A stretch of 64,000 bases of DNA, taken from assembly GCA_965200965.1 (NCBI GenBank), contig OZ241744.1:1600001-1664000 (forward strand), given 5' to 3'. The notes below the pieces were generated by a model. That model saw nothing but the letters and a program-made list of their open reading frames with translations, did not search any database and was not told the origin of the DNA. This DNA comes from an uncultured Candidatus Binatia bacterium (GTDB taxonomy: Bacteria; Desulfobacterota; Binatia; Bin18). Positions 41,182 through 50,532 of this stretch are shown here, one piece after another. Every line of letters begins with the position of its first letter. The stretch's first letter is position 1. The position numbers and the translations under genes were made by a program.

Positions 41182-42500
41182 ATATCCGAAAGCTGACAAT
41201 CGAAGATGTCCGCTGCTTCGCCGGCAGACAAGAGTTCAACATCCGCCCCTTGACCTTTCTGGTCGGCGAGAACAGCACTGGAAAATCTACCGTGCTCGGC
41301 TGTTTTCAAACACTGCACAGCTTTATCGGGTCGAGAACATATCGAACAGATTTGGACTTCAACGCCGATCCGTACCAGATGGGCGCGTTTGCGGACATTG
41401 TAAGGAAATCCAGCCCTCGGAAGAAAAGTTTTCTATTGGGCTTTGAATTCCAATCTGAAAATAGGAGGATCGAGTATTTTGCGAAGCTGACAGAAAAAGG
41501 CTCCGAACCCGTTATCCAGGAACAGAAGATTATTTTCCCTGGCAATGAGATCGTCCTTGTCAAGGAAGAACAAGACGCTGAACAGTTGGACGAAAACGAC
41601 AGTGCCCGTCGCGAGTTCAAAGTTGTCGATTTTTCCGAAGAGGACGGAAACAAAAAATTTCGCGTCAGAGTACTTTTGCCCTTTTTTGGTGTGAGTGCCT
41701 TTACAATGCTGGGGTACTCGCGCTACATATTTCGAGAAGACCCAAAGAAGCTACCGCCCAAAGAAGAAAAGTTTCGTCTTTGTATAGAAGAATTCTCTAA
41801 ATTGGGAGATATTGAGGACGCATGGGGCAGCTATAGTTTTGCGCCAATACGTTCCAAGCCGCAGCGGACCTACGATCCCTTGAAAGAAAATATCAACCCT
41901 GAGGGGAGCGATATCCCAATGGTCCTCAGGGATATATCTCAGTCAGCAGATAAGGAGAGGTGGGAAAAACTCAAGGAGGGGTTGATCGAATTCGGCAAAT
42001 CGTCGGGGTTGTTTGCAAATATTCATGTCAGAAGGTTCGGAAAGTCTATGGGCGACCCCTTTCAACTGCAAATCAAGGTCAGGGGACCAAAAGCCAATAT
42101 GATAGATGTCGGGTATGGCGTAAACCAGGTGTTGCCTATTTTGGTGCGTTTGCTCGCCGATCCTCGAACGACGATATTTCTGATGCAGCAACCGGAGGTC
42201 CACTTGCACCCCAAAGGTCAAGCAGAACTGTCATCCCTGTTAGTCAATCTTCTCAAACGTCAGAGACGCAATTTTGTTATTGAAACCCACAGCGACTATA
42301 TGGTTGACCGCGCCCGCATCGAAATCATGAAAAAGAGAATTGCGCCGGAAGACGTTTCACTCATTTATCTGGAGCCGGCCGGCAATCAGGTCAAGGTTCA
42401 TAACATCACGTTTGACGAACAGGCGAACCTGCTCAAGGTACCAGCCAGCTACCGGGACTTCTTTCTCAAAGAATCGGACAAGCTGCTCGGTCTTGATTGA
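41178..42500 (+). CDS. ABC-type (AAA_15/AAA_21, DUF3696-like) ATPase
   Basis: Walker A GENSTGKST, DVGYGVNQVLPIL, LMQQPEVHLHP, IETHSDY; GTGA overlap with mod. Confidence 0.88.
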   Translation: MNIRKLTIEDVRCFAGRQEFNIRPLTFLVGENSTGKSTVLGCFQTLHSFIGSRTYRTDLDFNADPYQMGAFADIVRKSSPRKKSFLLGFEFQSENRRIEYFAKLTEKGSEPVIQEQKIIFPGNEIVLVKEEQDAEQLDENDSARREFKVVDFSEEDGNKKFRVRVLLPFFGVSAFTMLGYSRYIFREDPKKLPPKEEKFRLCIEEFSKLGDIEDAWGSYSFAPIRSKPQRTYDPLKENINPEGSDIPMVLRDISQSADKERWEKLKEGLIEFGKSSGLFANIHVRRFGKSMGDPFQLQIKVRGPKANMIDVGYGVNQVLPILVRLLADPRTTIFLMQQPEVHLHPKGQAELSSLLVNLLKRQRRNFVIETHSDYMVDRARIEIMKKRIAPEDVSLIYLEPAGNQVKVHNITFDEQANLLKVPASYRDFFLKESDKLLGLD

Positions 42501-42507
42501 GGGCGAA

Positions 42508-42927
42508 ATGATGTGCCTGATTCTGGACACGAATATGTACGGCCTGTTTCTCGTTCCAGACAATAAAGATATGGAACCCGTGAGGAATTGGGTAGACAGC
42601 AAGAACGGGAAAATTGCCTATTCACCAGCCGGTAAAATAAAGGATGAATTAGAGAAGTACCCGAAAATGAGAAAGCGTTTTGAGGTATACAGCCGGGACG
42701 GAAAACTCAAAAACTGCCGCCCGGAATATGTTGAGCAGAAGAAAGCAAAACTGTCACAATTGTGCTCGGATGACCCATATATCCTTGCTCTGGCTCAGGT
42801 CAGCAGGGCTGGCTTGTTGGTCTCTGCCGATAAGAAGCTCCACACCGATTTCAAGCAAATCGTTGGAGGCAAAGTTTACCAAACCAGGAAGCATACACAC
42901 CTGCTCAAGAAAGATCTCTGCCCATAA
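42508..42927 (+). CDS. PIN-domain putative ribonuclease
   Basis: ILDTN, DEL, SDDPYILALA, LVSADKKL give the acidic PIN tetrad pattern. Confidence 0.75.
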   Translation: MMCLILDTNMYGLFLVPDNKDMEPVRNWVDSKNGKIAYSPAGKIKDELEKYPKMRKRFEVYSRDGKLKNCRPEYVEQKKAKLSQLCSDDPYILALAQVSRAGLLVSADKKLHTDFKQIVGGKVYQTRKHTHLLKKDLCP

Positions 42928-42952
42928 ACCCGGCTGACCGTGGAGTTTGACT

Positions 42953-45637
42953 ATGGCCCTCCACCCCGACTTTCCCGATTCCCCCCACGCGATTCTCGAC
43001 CCGGAGCTTCGCTGGTTTCCTGCGGACGAAACCCTGCGGGAGAGCAGTGCCGAAAAGCTGATGCCGCCGCTGGTGGCCGAGCTTCGGCGTCAGGTGCAGG
43101 CGTTCCGCACCGGCGCTTATGCCGGCGCACGCCCGACAAGCAGGAGCCTGCTCAACTGGTGGTTTGAGGAACCCCATCTGCTGGAGCATGCCGATGGCAG
43201 CACCGCGGAGTTCCGGTACTTTTTTGCCCAGCGGGAAGCGGTCGAGACGATTATCTACCTGTGCGACGTGGTCGGCCTCAGAGACACATACGACCTGATG
43301 CGCTTCGACAGCAGCGGCGCGGTTTCTACCGGCATGTTTGACGAGACCTGGCGACGCTTTGTGGTCAAAATGGCGACCGGCACCGGCAAGACCAAGGTGC
43401 TGAGTCTCGTGCTGGCCTGGAGCTATTTTCACAAGCTCTACGAGCCGGATTCCAAGCTGGCCCGCAATTTTCTGGTCATTGCGCCGAACATCATTGTCCT
43501 GGACCGCATTTACAAGGACTTCCAGGGCTTGCGCATCTTCTTCGCCGACCCGGTCATCCCCGACAACAGCTTTGGCGGTCGCAACTGGCGAGACGATTTT
43601 CAGCTGACCCTGCACCGGCAAGACGAGGTGCGGGTGACGCGGCCCACCGGCAACATCTTTCTGACCAATATCCACCGCGTCTATGCCGGCGACGACGCGC
43701 CAGCCTCCCCGGACGACGAGAACAGCACGGACTATTTTCTAGGCACACGGCCGACCGGCGCAACAACCGACTCGAAGGTGGACCTGGGCATGATCGTCCG
43801 GGACATTGACGAACTGGCCGTCCTGAATGACGAAGCGCACCACATCCACGACAGGACGCTGGCCTGGTTCAAGTCCATTGAAGATATCCACAACCGTCTC
43901 AGGCACAAGGGGACAGCCCTGTCTTTGCAGGTGGATGTGACCGCCACACCCAAACACCACAACGGGGCGCTCTTCGTGCAGACCGTAGCCGATTATGCGC
44001 TGGTTGAAGCCATTGCCCAGAACATCGTCAAGCATCCGGTCCTGCCCGACGCCCCAAGCCGGGCCAAGCTGCTTGAACAGCAGAGCACCAAGTACACCGA
44101 AAAATACGCCGACTACATTGATCTCGGCGTAATCGAGTGGCGGAAGGCGTATGCCGAGCACGAGAAGCTGGGCAAAAAGGCCATTCTCTTCGTGATGACA
44201 GACGACACCAGGAACTGCGATGAGGTCGCCACCTATCTGGAAGGCCGCTACCCCGACCTGAAAAACGCCGTTCTGGTCATTCACACCAAGAAAAACGGCG
44301 AGATTTCCGAGGCCCAGACCGGTAGAGCCAAAGAAGAGATGCAAAAACTGCGTGAACTGTCGAACACCATTGACGCGCCGGACAGCCCCTACAAGGCGAT
44401 TGTCTCGGTGCTTGTGCTCAAGGAGGGCTGGGATGTGCGCAACGTGACGACCATTGTCGGCCTGCGCGCCTATTCGGCCACGAGCAACATCCTGCCCGAA
44501 CAGACGCTCGGCCGCGGCTTGCGAAAAATGTACGGCGGCAATGTACAGGAAAACGTCAGCGTTGTCGGCACAGACGCCTTCATGGATTTTGTGGAATCAA
44601 TCCAGGCCGAGGGCGTGGAGTTGGAACGGATGGCGATGGGCGAAGGCGCACAGTCCAGGCTACCCCTCGTCGTGGAGGTTGACACCGAAAACAACGCCAA
44701 GAACATCGAAGCCCTCGATATCGAGCTGCCCATCCTCACGCCCCGTCTCTATCGGGAATACAGGAACCTGGCCGCTCTTGACCCCAGCGCCATGCGGCCC
44801 CAGCCCGTGCCCTACCGGCAATTCAGCCAGGTCGGGCAACGCCCTATCGTCTTCAAGGATATCGTCACCGGCCAGGACGCCCATACGACACACCTCAACC
44901 CGGCCGGCGCAGCCGACTATCGCAGTGTCATCGGATATTTCACCCACACCCTTATGCAGGAATTGCGTCTGGTCAGCGGCTACGATGTTCTCTACGGCAA
45001 GCTGAAAAACTTTGTGCAGCATGACCTGTTTGGGCAGACGGTCGAACTGGCCTCGTCCACCACCCTGAGAAACCTGTCAGAACCGGCAGCCACAAAGACC
45101 CTGGTCGAAACCTTCAAGCGGGCGATCAATGCCCTGACTGTGCAAGACAAGGGCAAGGCGGAAATCCGCGATACCATCAAGCTCCGCAATACCCGGCCCT
45201 TTGTGGTCAAGGACCAAGGCTGTCTGCTGCCCAAGAAGAGTGTCTTCAACCGGATCGTCGGGGAGAGTCGCTTTGAGCTGACCTTTGCCGCTTTTCTTGA
45301 GCAATGCGACGATGTGGTGTCCTACGCCAAGAATTATCTGGCCGTCCATTTCAAGCTGGATTACGCGGCGGCTACAGACGGCGGCCTCTCTCACTACTAC
45401 CCCGATTTTCTGGTGAAGCTGAGCAACGGACAGGTCATTATCGTCGAGACCAAGGGGCGGGAAGACCTGGACGTGCCGAAAAAAATGGAGCGACTGCGGC
45501 AATGGTGTGAGGATATCAACGCGGTGCAGGCGACTGCTCCCTTTGACTTTGTCTATGTGGATGAAGACGGCTTCACCCGCTACAAACCGCAGTCGTTTGC
45601 GGAGTTGTTGGCAGGTTTTCAGGGATATAAGGGATAA
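42953..45637 (+). CDS. res: Type III R-M restriction subunit Res (SF2 helicase + PD-(D/E)xK nuclease)
   Basis: MATGTGKT, DEAHH, TATP, LKEGWD, EQTLGRGLR, YYPDFLV...IVETKG. Confidence 0.93.
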   Translation: MALHPDFPDSPHAILDPELRWFPADETLRESSAEKLMPPLVAELRRQVQAFRTGAYAGARPTSRSLLNWWFEEPHLLEHADGSTAEFRYFFAQREAVETIIYLCDVVGLRDTYDLMRFDSSGAVSTGMFDETWRRFVVKMATGTGKTKVLSLVLAWSYFHKLYEPDSKLARNFLVIAPNIIVLDRIYKDFQGLRIFFADPVIPDNSFGGRNWRDDFQLTLHRQDEVRVTRPTGNIFLTNIHRVYAGDDAPASPDDENSTDYFLGTRPTGATTDSKVDLGMIVRDIDELAVLNDEAHHIHDRTLAWFKSIEDIHNRLRHKGTALSLQVDVTATPKHHNGALFVQTVADYALVEAIAQNIVKHPVLPDAPSRAKLLEQQSTKYTEKYADYIDLGVIEWRKAYAEHEKLGKKAILFVMTDDTRNCDEVATYLEGRYPDLKNAVLVIHTKKNGEISEAQTGRAKEEMQKLRELSNTIDAPDSPYKAIVSVLVLKEGWDVRNVTTIVGLRAYSATSNILPEQTLGRGLRKMYGGNVQENVSVVGTDAFMDFVESIQAEGVELERMAMGEGAQSRLPLVVEVDTENNAKNIEALDIELPILTPRLYREYRNLAALDPSAMRPQPVPYRQFSQVGQRPIVFKDIVTGQDAHTTHLNPAGAADYRSVIGYFTHTLMQELRLVSGYDVLYGKLKNFVQHDLFGQTVELASSTTLRNLSEPAATKTLVETFKRAINALTVQDKGKAEIRDTIKLRNTRPFVVKDQGCLLPKKSVFNRIVGESRFELTFAAFLEQCDDVVSYAKNYLAVHFKLDYAAATDGGLSHYYPDFLVKLSNGQVIIVETKGREDLDVPKKMERLRQWCEDINAVQATAPFDFVYVDEDGFTRYKPQSFAELLAGFQGYKG

Positions 45638-45685
45638 ACAGAGTCCGTCTGACTGCTCTTGGGTCAGGCGAAGCCCCGTCCCGGC

Positions 45686-47458
45686 TCACAACGGCCAGAC
45701 CCACGGAATACACAGCATAGCCACGGCGAAGATCAACAGGTCAAGCGGAATGCCGATCCTCAGAAAATCGGTAAACCGATAACCCCCCGGTCCATAGACC
45801 ATCAGATGCGTCTGATAGCTGAGTGGCGAGGCAAACGCGGCCGAGGCGGCAATCGCAATCGCGATCGCAAACGGCCGGACATCCACCCCAAACTGCTGGG
45901 CGGTCTCGGTCGCAACGGGGAACATCAGTACCGCGGCCGGGGCGTGGGAGATACATTCGGTGAAGACCAGGGTGACTAGATAGACCAGCGCCAGCACCCC
46001 CAGCGGTCCCAGCCCCTCACCAACATTGACCAGGAAAGAGGCCAGAAAACCGGCCGCCCCGGTCTTGTCCAGCGCTCTGCCAACCCCGAACGCGGCAGCG
46101 ATCAGAATCAACACCGAGACATCAACGGCCCTGCGGGTCTCGCCCACCGACAGACAGCCGCACACAATAACGGCAAACGCGGCCAGCAGCGCCGCGGTCA
46201 TCATCGGCAACACCCCAAGGGTCACGGTGGTGATGAGGACGAGCAGGGCGAGCAGGGCCGGAATGGCCTTATCGTAGCGCGGCGGCGCGCTGTTAGCGAT
46301 CTCAGACACCAGATAAAAGTCGGCCGAGTTGCGATAGGTCCGGGCAAAACCGGCCGAGGCTTCGAGCAACAGGGTATCACCGGCGCGGAGCAGAATATCG
46401 CCGATTTTTCCGCTCAGCCGGCGTCCCCCGCGATGCACGGCAACCACCGCCGCGCCGTAGCGGGTGCGGAAGTTCGCGTCTCGAATCGTCACCCCATTCA
46501 GCGGTGAGTCCTCAGACACGACCGCCTCACTCAGATTATTGCCCTCGCCGACCCGCCCGACTCCTTCGCGGTGCTCCCCGGCCGGTACCAGCCCCCGGAC
46601 CTTCTGCAAATCAACAATCGTTGACACCACCCCGGTAAAGATCAGGCGGTCGGCAACCCGAATCCGCTCTTGCGGTCCGACCGGGGAGACGACTCCCTCG
46701 GGCCGTTCGATACGCACCAGAAACAGGCCGGGCAGGTGGCGCAGCCCGGCCTGTTCAATCTGGCGGCCGACCAGAGGACACTCAGCCGTTACCTCGAGTT
46801 CAACCAGATACTCGCGGCTCGTTTCCCCCAGACTCTCCAGCAACTCCTTGCGATCGGGCAGCAGGGCGCGACCGGCAAGCACCAGAAAGCCCAGGCCGAC
46901 CAGGGCACACGGCAGCCCGACCGCGCTCAACTCAAAGAAGGCCAAGCCGGGCTGTCCGGCGCTGACCAGCAAGCCATTCACCACCAAGTTGGTAGATGTC
47001 CCGATCAGGGTACACGCCCCGCCCAGAATCGTGGCGTAGGACAGCGGAATGAGAAAGCGCGACGGTGACACATTGTGCTGCCGCGCCCAGTCAAACACGA
47101 CCGGCGTGAACATAGCCACAATCGGGGTGTTGTTCAGAAAGGCCGAGATCCCGGCGGTGGGCAGCATCAGGCGCAGCAGGGCCCGCCGGTCGCTAGTAAT
47201 CTGCCCAAACAGGCGCGTTGCCACAAAGCCCAGCGCGCCGGTCTGCCGCAGCGCACCGGCAACCACAAACAAGGCACCGATGGCGAGAATCTCCGGGTTT
47301 GAAAAACCGGCCAGCGCCTCCTGCGGCGAGAGAATACCGCTCGCCAGCAGGACGGCCAACATACCCACAAAGATCAGGTCCGGGGCCAACAGGTCCCGAA
47401 TCAGGGCACAGATACCAAAGCTCACGACCGCCAGGGTCAGCCACGCATCCCACGCCAT
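45686..47458 (-). CDS. SLC13/CitMHS-family anion permease with two TrkA-C domains
   Basis: SAFLNNTPIV, GGACTLIGTSTN, SYQTHLMVYGPGGYRFTDF. Confidence 0.9.
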   Translation of the reverse strand: MAWDAWLTLAVVSFGICALIRDLLAPDLIFVGMLAVLLASGILSPQEALAGFSNPEILAIGALFVVAGALRQTGALGFVATRLFGQITSDRRALLRLMLPTAGISAFLNNTPIVAMFTPVVFDWARQHNVSPSRFLIPLSYATILGGACTLIGTSTNLVVNGLLVSAGQPGLAFFELSAVGLPCALVGLGFLVLAGRALLPDRKELLESLGETSREYLVELEVTAECPLVGRQIEQAGLRHLPGLFLVRIERPEGVVSPVGPQERIRVADRLIFTGVVSTIVDLQKVRGLVPAGEHREGVGRVGEGNNLSEAVVSEDSPLNGVTIRDANFRTRYGAAVVAVHRGGRRLSGKIGDILLRAGDTLLLEASAGFARTYRNSADFYLVSEIANSAPPRYDKAIPALLALLVLITTVTLGVLPMMTAALLAAFAVIVCGCLSVGETRRAVDVSVLILIAAAFGVGRALDKTGAAGFLASFLVNVGEGLGPLGVLALVYLVTLVFTECISHAPAAVLMFPVATETAQQFGVDVRPFAIAIAIAASAAFASPLSYQTHLMVYGPGGYRFTDFLRIGIPLDLLIFAVAMLCIPWVWPL

Positions 47459-47502
47459 AGTTCTCCGAGCGTGCAGATTTTTTTTGAGCTTGGCAAGGCC
47501 GA

Positions 47503-47985
47503 CTAGCGGCCCGGGGCATCCGGTGCCTGGTCAGAGAAACGCTTGAGCAGAATATATGGCCGGCCGCCGATGCTGAAGACTTCGGTAATCCCGCTGGTGC
47601 CGTGTTGATAGCCGAGCAGCGTTCCGGTGAACCAGATCTGTTCCCCGGTCTGCGGCAGGTCTCGGACGAGGTCCTCATCAGGGAACAGCAACAGCAGGGA
47701 GTCGATCGGCCGCGCCTCCTGCGACATGGTCCCATTGCCGATAATCGTGGTCGGCACAACCGATACGCCAAAAAAGGTAAAATAGTCAATGCGGCCGGTC
47801 TTCTCGTTACGCCGAAAAAATCGACGCGCTCGGGGAAAACGGTAGAACTCCCCGGTCAGTGTCATTTCCTGACCGACTTTTTGCTGTTGAAAGAAATCGG
47901 CAAAACACGCGGCGACTCGTCCATGCGTGGCGGCTACAAGCGTGACCAGAGCCGCACAGCCCCAGCATCTGACGAGGGATCGCAT
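47503..47985 (-). CDS. Hypothetical exported protein
   Basis: Signal-like N-terminus; co-oriented gap filler. Confidence 0.55.
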   Translation of the reverse strand: MRSLVRCWGCAALVTLVAATHGRVAACFADFFQQQKVGQEMTLTGEFYRFPRARRFFRRNEKTGRIDYFTFFGVSVVPTTIIGNGTMSQEARPIDSLLLLFPDEDLVRDLPQTGEQIWFTGTLLGYQHGTSGITEVFSIGGRPYILLKRFSDQAPDAPGR

Positions 47986-48203
47986 GGCACTTCCTGGGTG
48001 CGGGTTGCAGAACAGCTACCCAGCATACGCTATTTCGGCCAGGAAGAAAAGAAATTGCGGCTGCCTTGCCAGCCGGCCTTCGTTCGGGCCACAATCTGTC
48101 AGAGGGAGGGGTGAGGATGCAGAATTGGCGGACTAGGCTGAGTCCAGTGTAGAAACAGAGGTACGATCGGAGTGCCGCCATCAGCCGAGCGTGGGGTGCG
48201 CCG

Positions 48204-49190
48204 TCAGCGCTGCCGCAGGCTGCGTAGGCGCTGCCGGGCACCGGGATAGGCCGGGTCGTAGCGCAACACCGCCCGCAGCTCAGCGGCTGCGCGTTCAAAC
48301 TGCCCCAGACGGGTATAGACCTCGGCCAACTCAAAATGCGCACGGGGGCTCTGCGGGCAGAGGCCTAAGCCCCGGTGGTAGAGCCGCGCTTTTTGGTCCA
48401 GGGAGCGGGTGGCGAAGGCGCGGTAGAAGTACGAGCGCGCCCGGCGACAGGCTGCTTCGTCGCGTCCAAACCGAGACGCCAGCGGCCGCTTGGGCGGCTC
48501 TGACAAGGCCGTGCCCAACGGGGCGGGGGCTTGGGCGTTCAGTTGGGCGGCGAGCCGCTGGAGCGTTTTGGCCCGCTCCGGGGAGGACGGATGGGACGAA
48601 AAAAAGTTGGCCGTGGCTGTTTCTGGCACTTCGTGGGCCATGCGCAGCATGACCTCGGCCCCGGCCTGGGGGTCGTAGCCGGCGGCAAACGCATAACGCA
48701 GGCCGACCGCATCAGCCTCCCGCTCCTGGTCCTGGTTATAGTGGTTCAGAAACAGGCCGCCGAGCTCGGCGGTCAACAGGCCGACGCCCGGATAGACGCT
48801 GTTGACCAGCTGGCTGGTCAGGCTGAGCAGGATGGACCTGAAAACCCCCCGGGACACATGGCCCTGGCTGAGATGGGCGATTTCATGGCCGACGATCGCG
48901 GCCAGCTCGTCGTCCGAGCGCACGAAGTTGAGCATACCGGTCGAAACAATGACGCGGCCGAACGTTGCCCCGGCGTTGATGGCCGGGTCGTCAGACACCA
49001 GGAGTTGGAACTGGGGAGGGTTGGGGATCACCGAGACCAAGCGGTCACGCACCTGTTTGAGCCGGGCGAGCTGGGCCTGGTGGACGACCTGGCCAATGGA
49101 CGGGCGGCTCTGGCCAAGGACATCCGCCACCAGCCCAACAGCGGAGGCACAGCAGAAAACGAGGCCCAGGCAGAGCCGGCCTGTCATCAT
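48204..49190 (-). CDS. M48 (BepA/YfgC-like) zinc metalloprotease with C-terminal TPR
   Basis: Signal peptide, INAGA, ELAAIVGHEIAH, QEREAD, FFSSHP, TPR AHFELAEVY..G....A. Confidence 0.9.
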   Translation of the reverse strand: MMTGRLCLGLVFCCASAVGLVADVLGQSRPSIGQVVHQAQLARLKQVRDRLVSVIPNPPQFQLLVSDDPAINAGATFGRVIVSTGMLNFVRSDDELAAIVGHEIAHLSQGHVSRGVFRSILLSLTSQLVNSVYPGVGLLTAELGGLFLNHYNQDQEREADAVGLRYAFAAGYDPQAGAEVMLRMAHEVPETATANFFSSHPSSPERAKTLQRLAAQLNAQAPAPLGTALSEPPKRPLASRFGRDEAACRRARSYFYRAFATRSLDQKARLYHRGLGLCPQSPRAHFELAEVYTRLGQFERAAAELRAVLRYDPAYPGARQRLRSLRQR

Positions 49191-49197
49191 TTTTCCA

Positions 49198-50532
49198 TCA
49201 TAGCCCTTTTTCCATACGCCTTCCAAACGGACGCTCCCCTTCCTCGCTGTAGTGCAGGGTGGCGTGCAAGCCCAGCCCCTCACGCAGATCACGGACCAGG
49301 GCGATATTATCGCTGTGGCCGGTCTGCTCGGCCGTCACTTTCCCGCGTAGTGGTCGTCCCAGCAGGTAGAGATCACCGAGCAGGTCCAGGACTTTGTGGC
49401 GGGCGAGTTCGTTGTCAAAACGCAGCGGGGGGTTAATTACGCCCTGGTCGCCGATCACAATACAGTTGTCGAGTCGCCCGCCGGTGGCTAGGCCCATCTG
49501 CTCCAGGGCCTGGACCTCTTTCAAAAAGCCAAAGGTCCGGGCCGGGGCAATCTCGGCCCCAAAGCTCCCGGCCCCGTGATGCACATAGCAGTGTTCCTGA
49601 CGGCCGACCGGAGGAGGATAGTCCAGGATATACCGGACCGAAAAATGATCGGCCGGCTCAATACGCAGCCCCTTGCCAGCTCCCCTGTCGCCCACCTGAT
49701 ACGGCCGGTTGACCGTAATGACTTCAACCGTCTCGTCCTGCTCAACGACTCCGGCTTCGTCAAGCAAGCGACAAAACTCGCGGGCCGAGCCGTCCAGAAT
49801 CGGGATTTCATCCTGCATCTTGATCATGAGATTGCTGATACCGTAGCCGTGCAGGGCGGCCATGAGATGCTCAACCGTGCGAGCCATAGCACCGTCCCGG
49901 TACAAACTTGTCGCATAGCCGGTTGATTTGACATAATCAACCGAGGCCGGAATCATCACATCGGTCAATAACGAGCCGAACACAAGCCCGCTGCCGGGTG
50001 GCAGCGGTTGCATGATCACTCCGGTCCGCACACCAGAGTGCAAGCCCTGACCGCGCAGCACAACGCTGCGCCCAATGGTCCGTGCCCGGACACACTCGCG
50101 CGGCTGCGCCCCAGCCTGACGGTTGGACGGCGGAGCGTGGTGGTAGCCTTGGACGGTGTGGTCGGCCGCTTCACGCCCAATCGCCCGATAGACCGAGCGG
50201 AGCAGGGCTTCGAGCGAAAACGGCTTTTCAATAAAATCGGTCGCCCCCAGCTGGGTCGCCCGGACCGCGGTCTCAATGGTACCGTGGCCGGAAATGACAA
50301 TGACCGGCAACTCCGGTTGCTGGGCGTTCAGTTGTTCAAGCAGGCTGATCCCGTCGAGCTGCGGCATCCAGATATCGAGAATGACCAGTCGGGGCTGGCG
50401 GCTGCGGACCAGATCAAGGGTGTGGGTGCTGTCGCCGGTGTCCAGGACCTGGAATCCCTCATCGCTCAGAATCCCGCGTAAGGTCGTCCGAATTTTTTCC
50501 TCATCATCAATCACCAGAATGGTGTCACCCAT
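49198..50532 (-). CDS. lpxC: Fusion of an NtrX-type receiver domain and UDP-3-O-acyl-GlcNAc deacetylase LpxC
   Basis: REC: VIDDE, LDIWMP, ISGHG, EKPF. LpxC: GQGLHSG, TVEHLMAAL, EIPILDGSA, ARTFGF, RHKVLDLLGDL, GH. One continuous ORF. Confidence 0.92.
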   Translation of the reverse strand: MGDTILVIDDEEKIRTTLRGILSDEGFQVLDTGDSTHTLDLVRSRQPRLVILDIWMPQLDGISLLEQLNAQQPELPVIVISGHGTIETAVRATQLGATDFIEKPFSLEALLRSVYRAIGREAADHTVQGYHHAPPSNRQAGAQPRECVRARTIGRSVVLRGQGLHSGVRTGVIMQPLPPGSGLVFGSLLTDVMIPASVDYVKSTGYATSLYRDGAMARTVEHLMAALHGYGISNLMIKMQDEIPILDGSAREFCRLLDEAGVVEQDETVEVITVNRPYQVGDRGAGKGLRIEPADHFSVRYILDYPPPVGRQEHCYVHHGAGSFGAEIAPARTFGFLKEVQALEQMGLATGGRLDNCIVIGDQGVINPPLRFDNELARHKVLDLLGDLYLLGRPLRGKVTAEQTGHSDNIALVRDLREGLGLHATLHYSEEGERPFGRRMEKGL

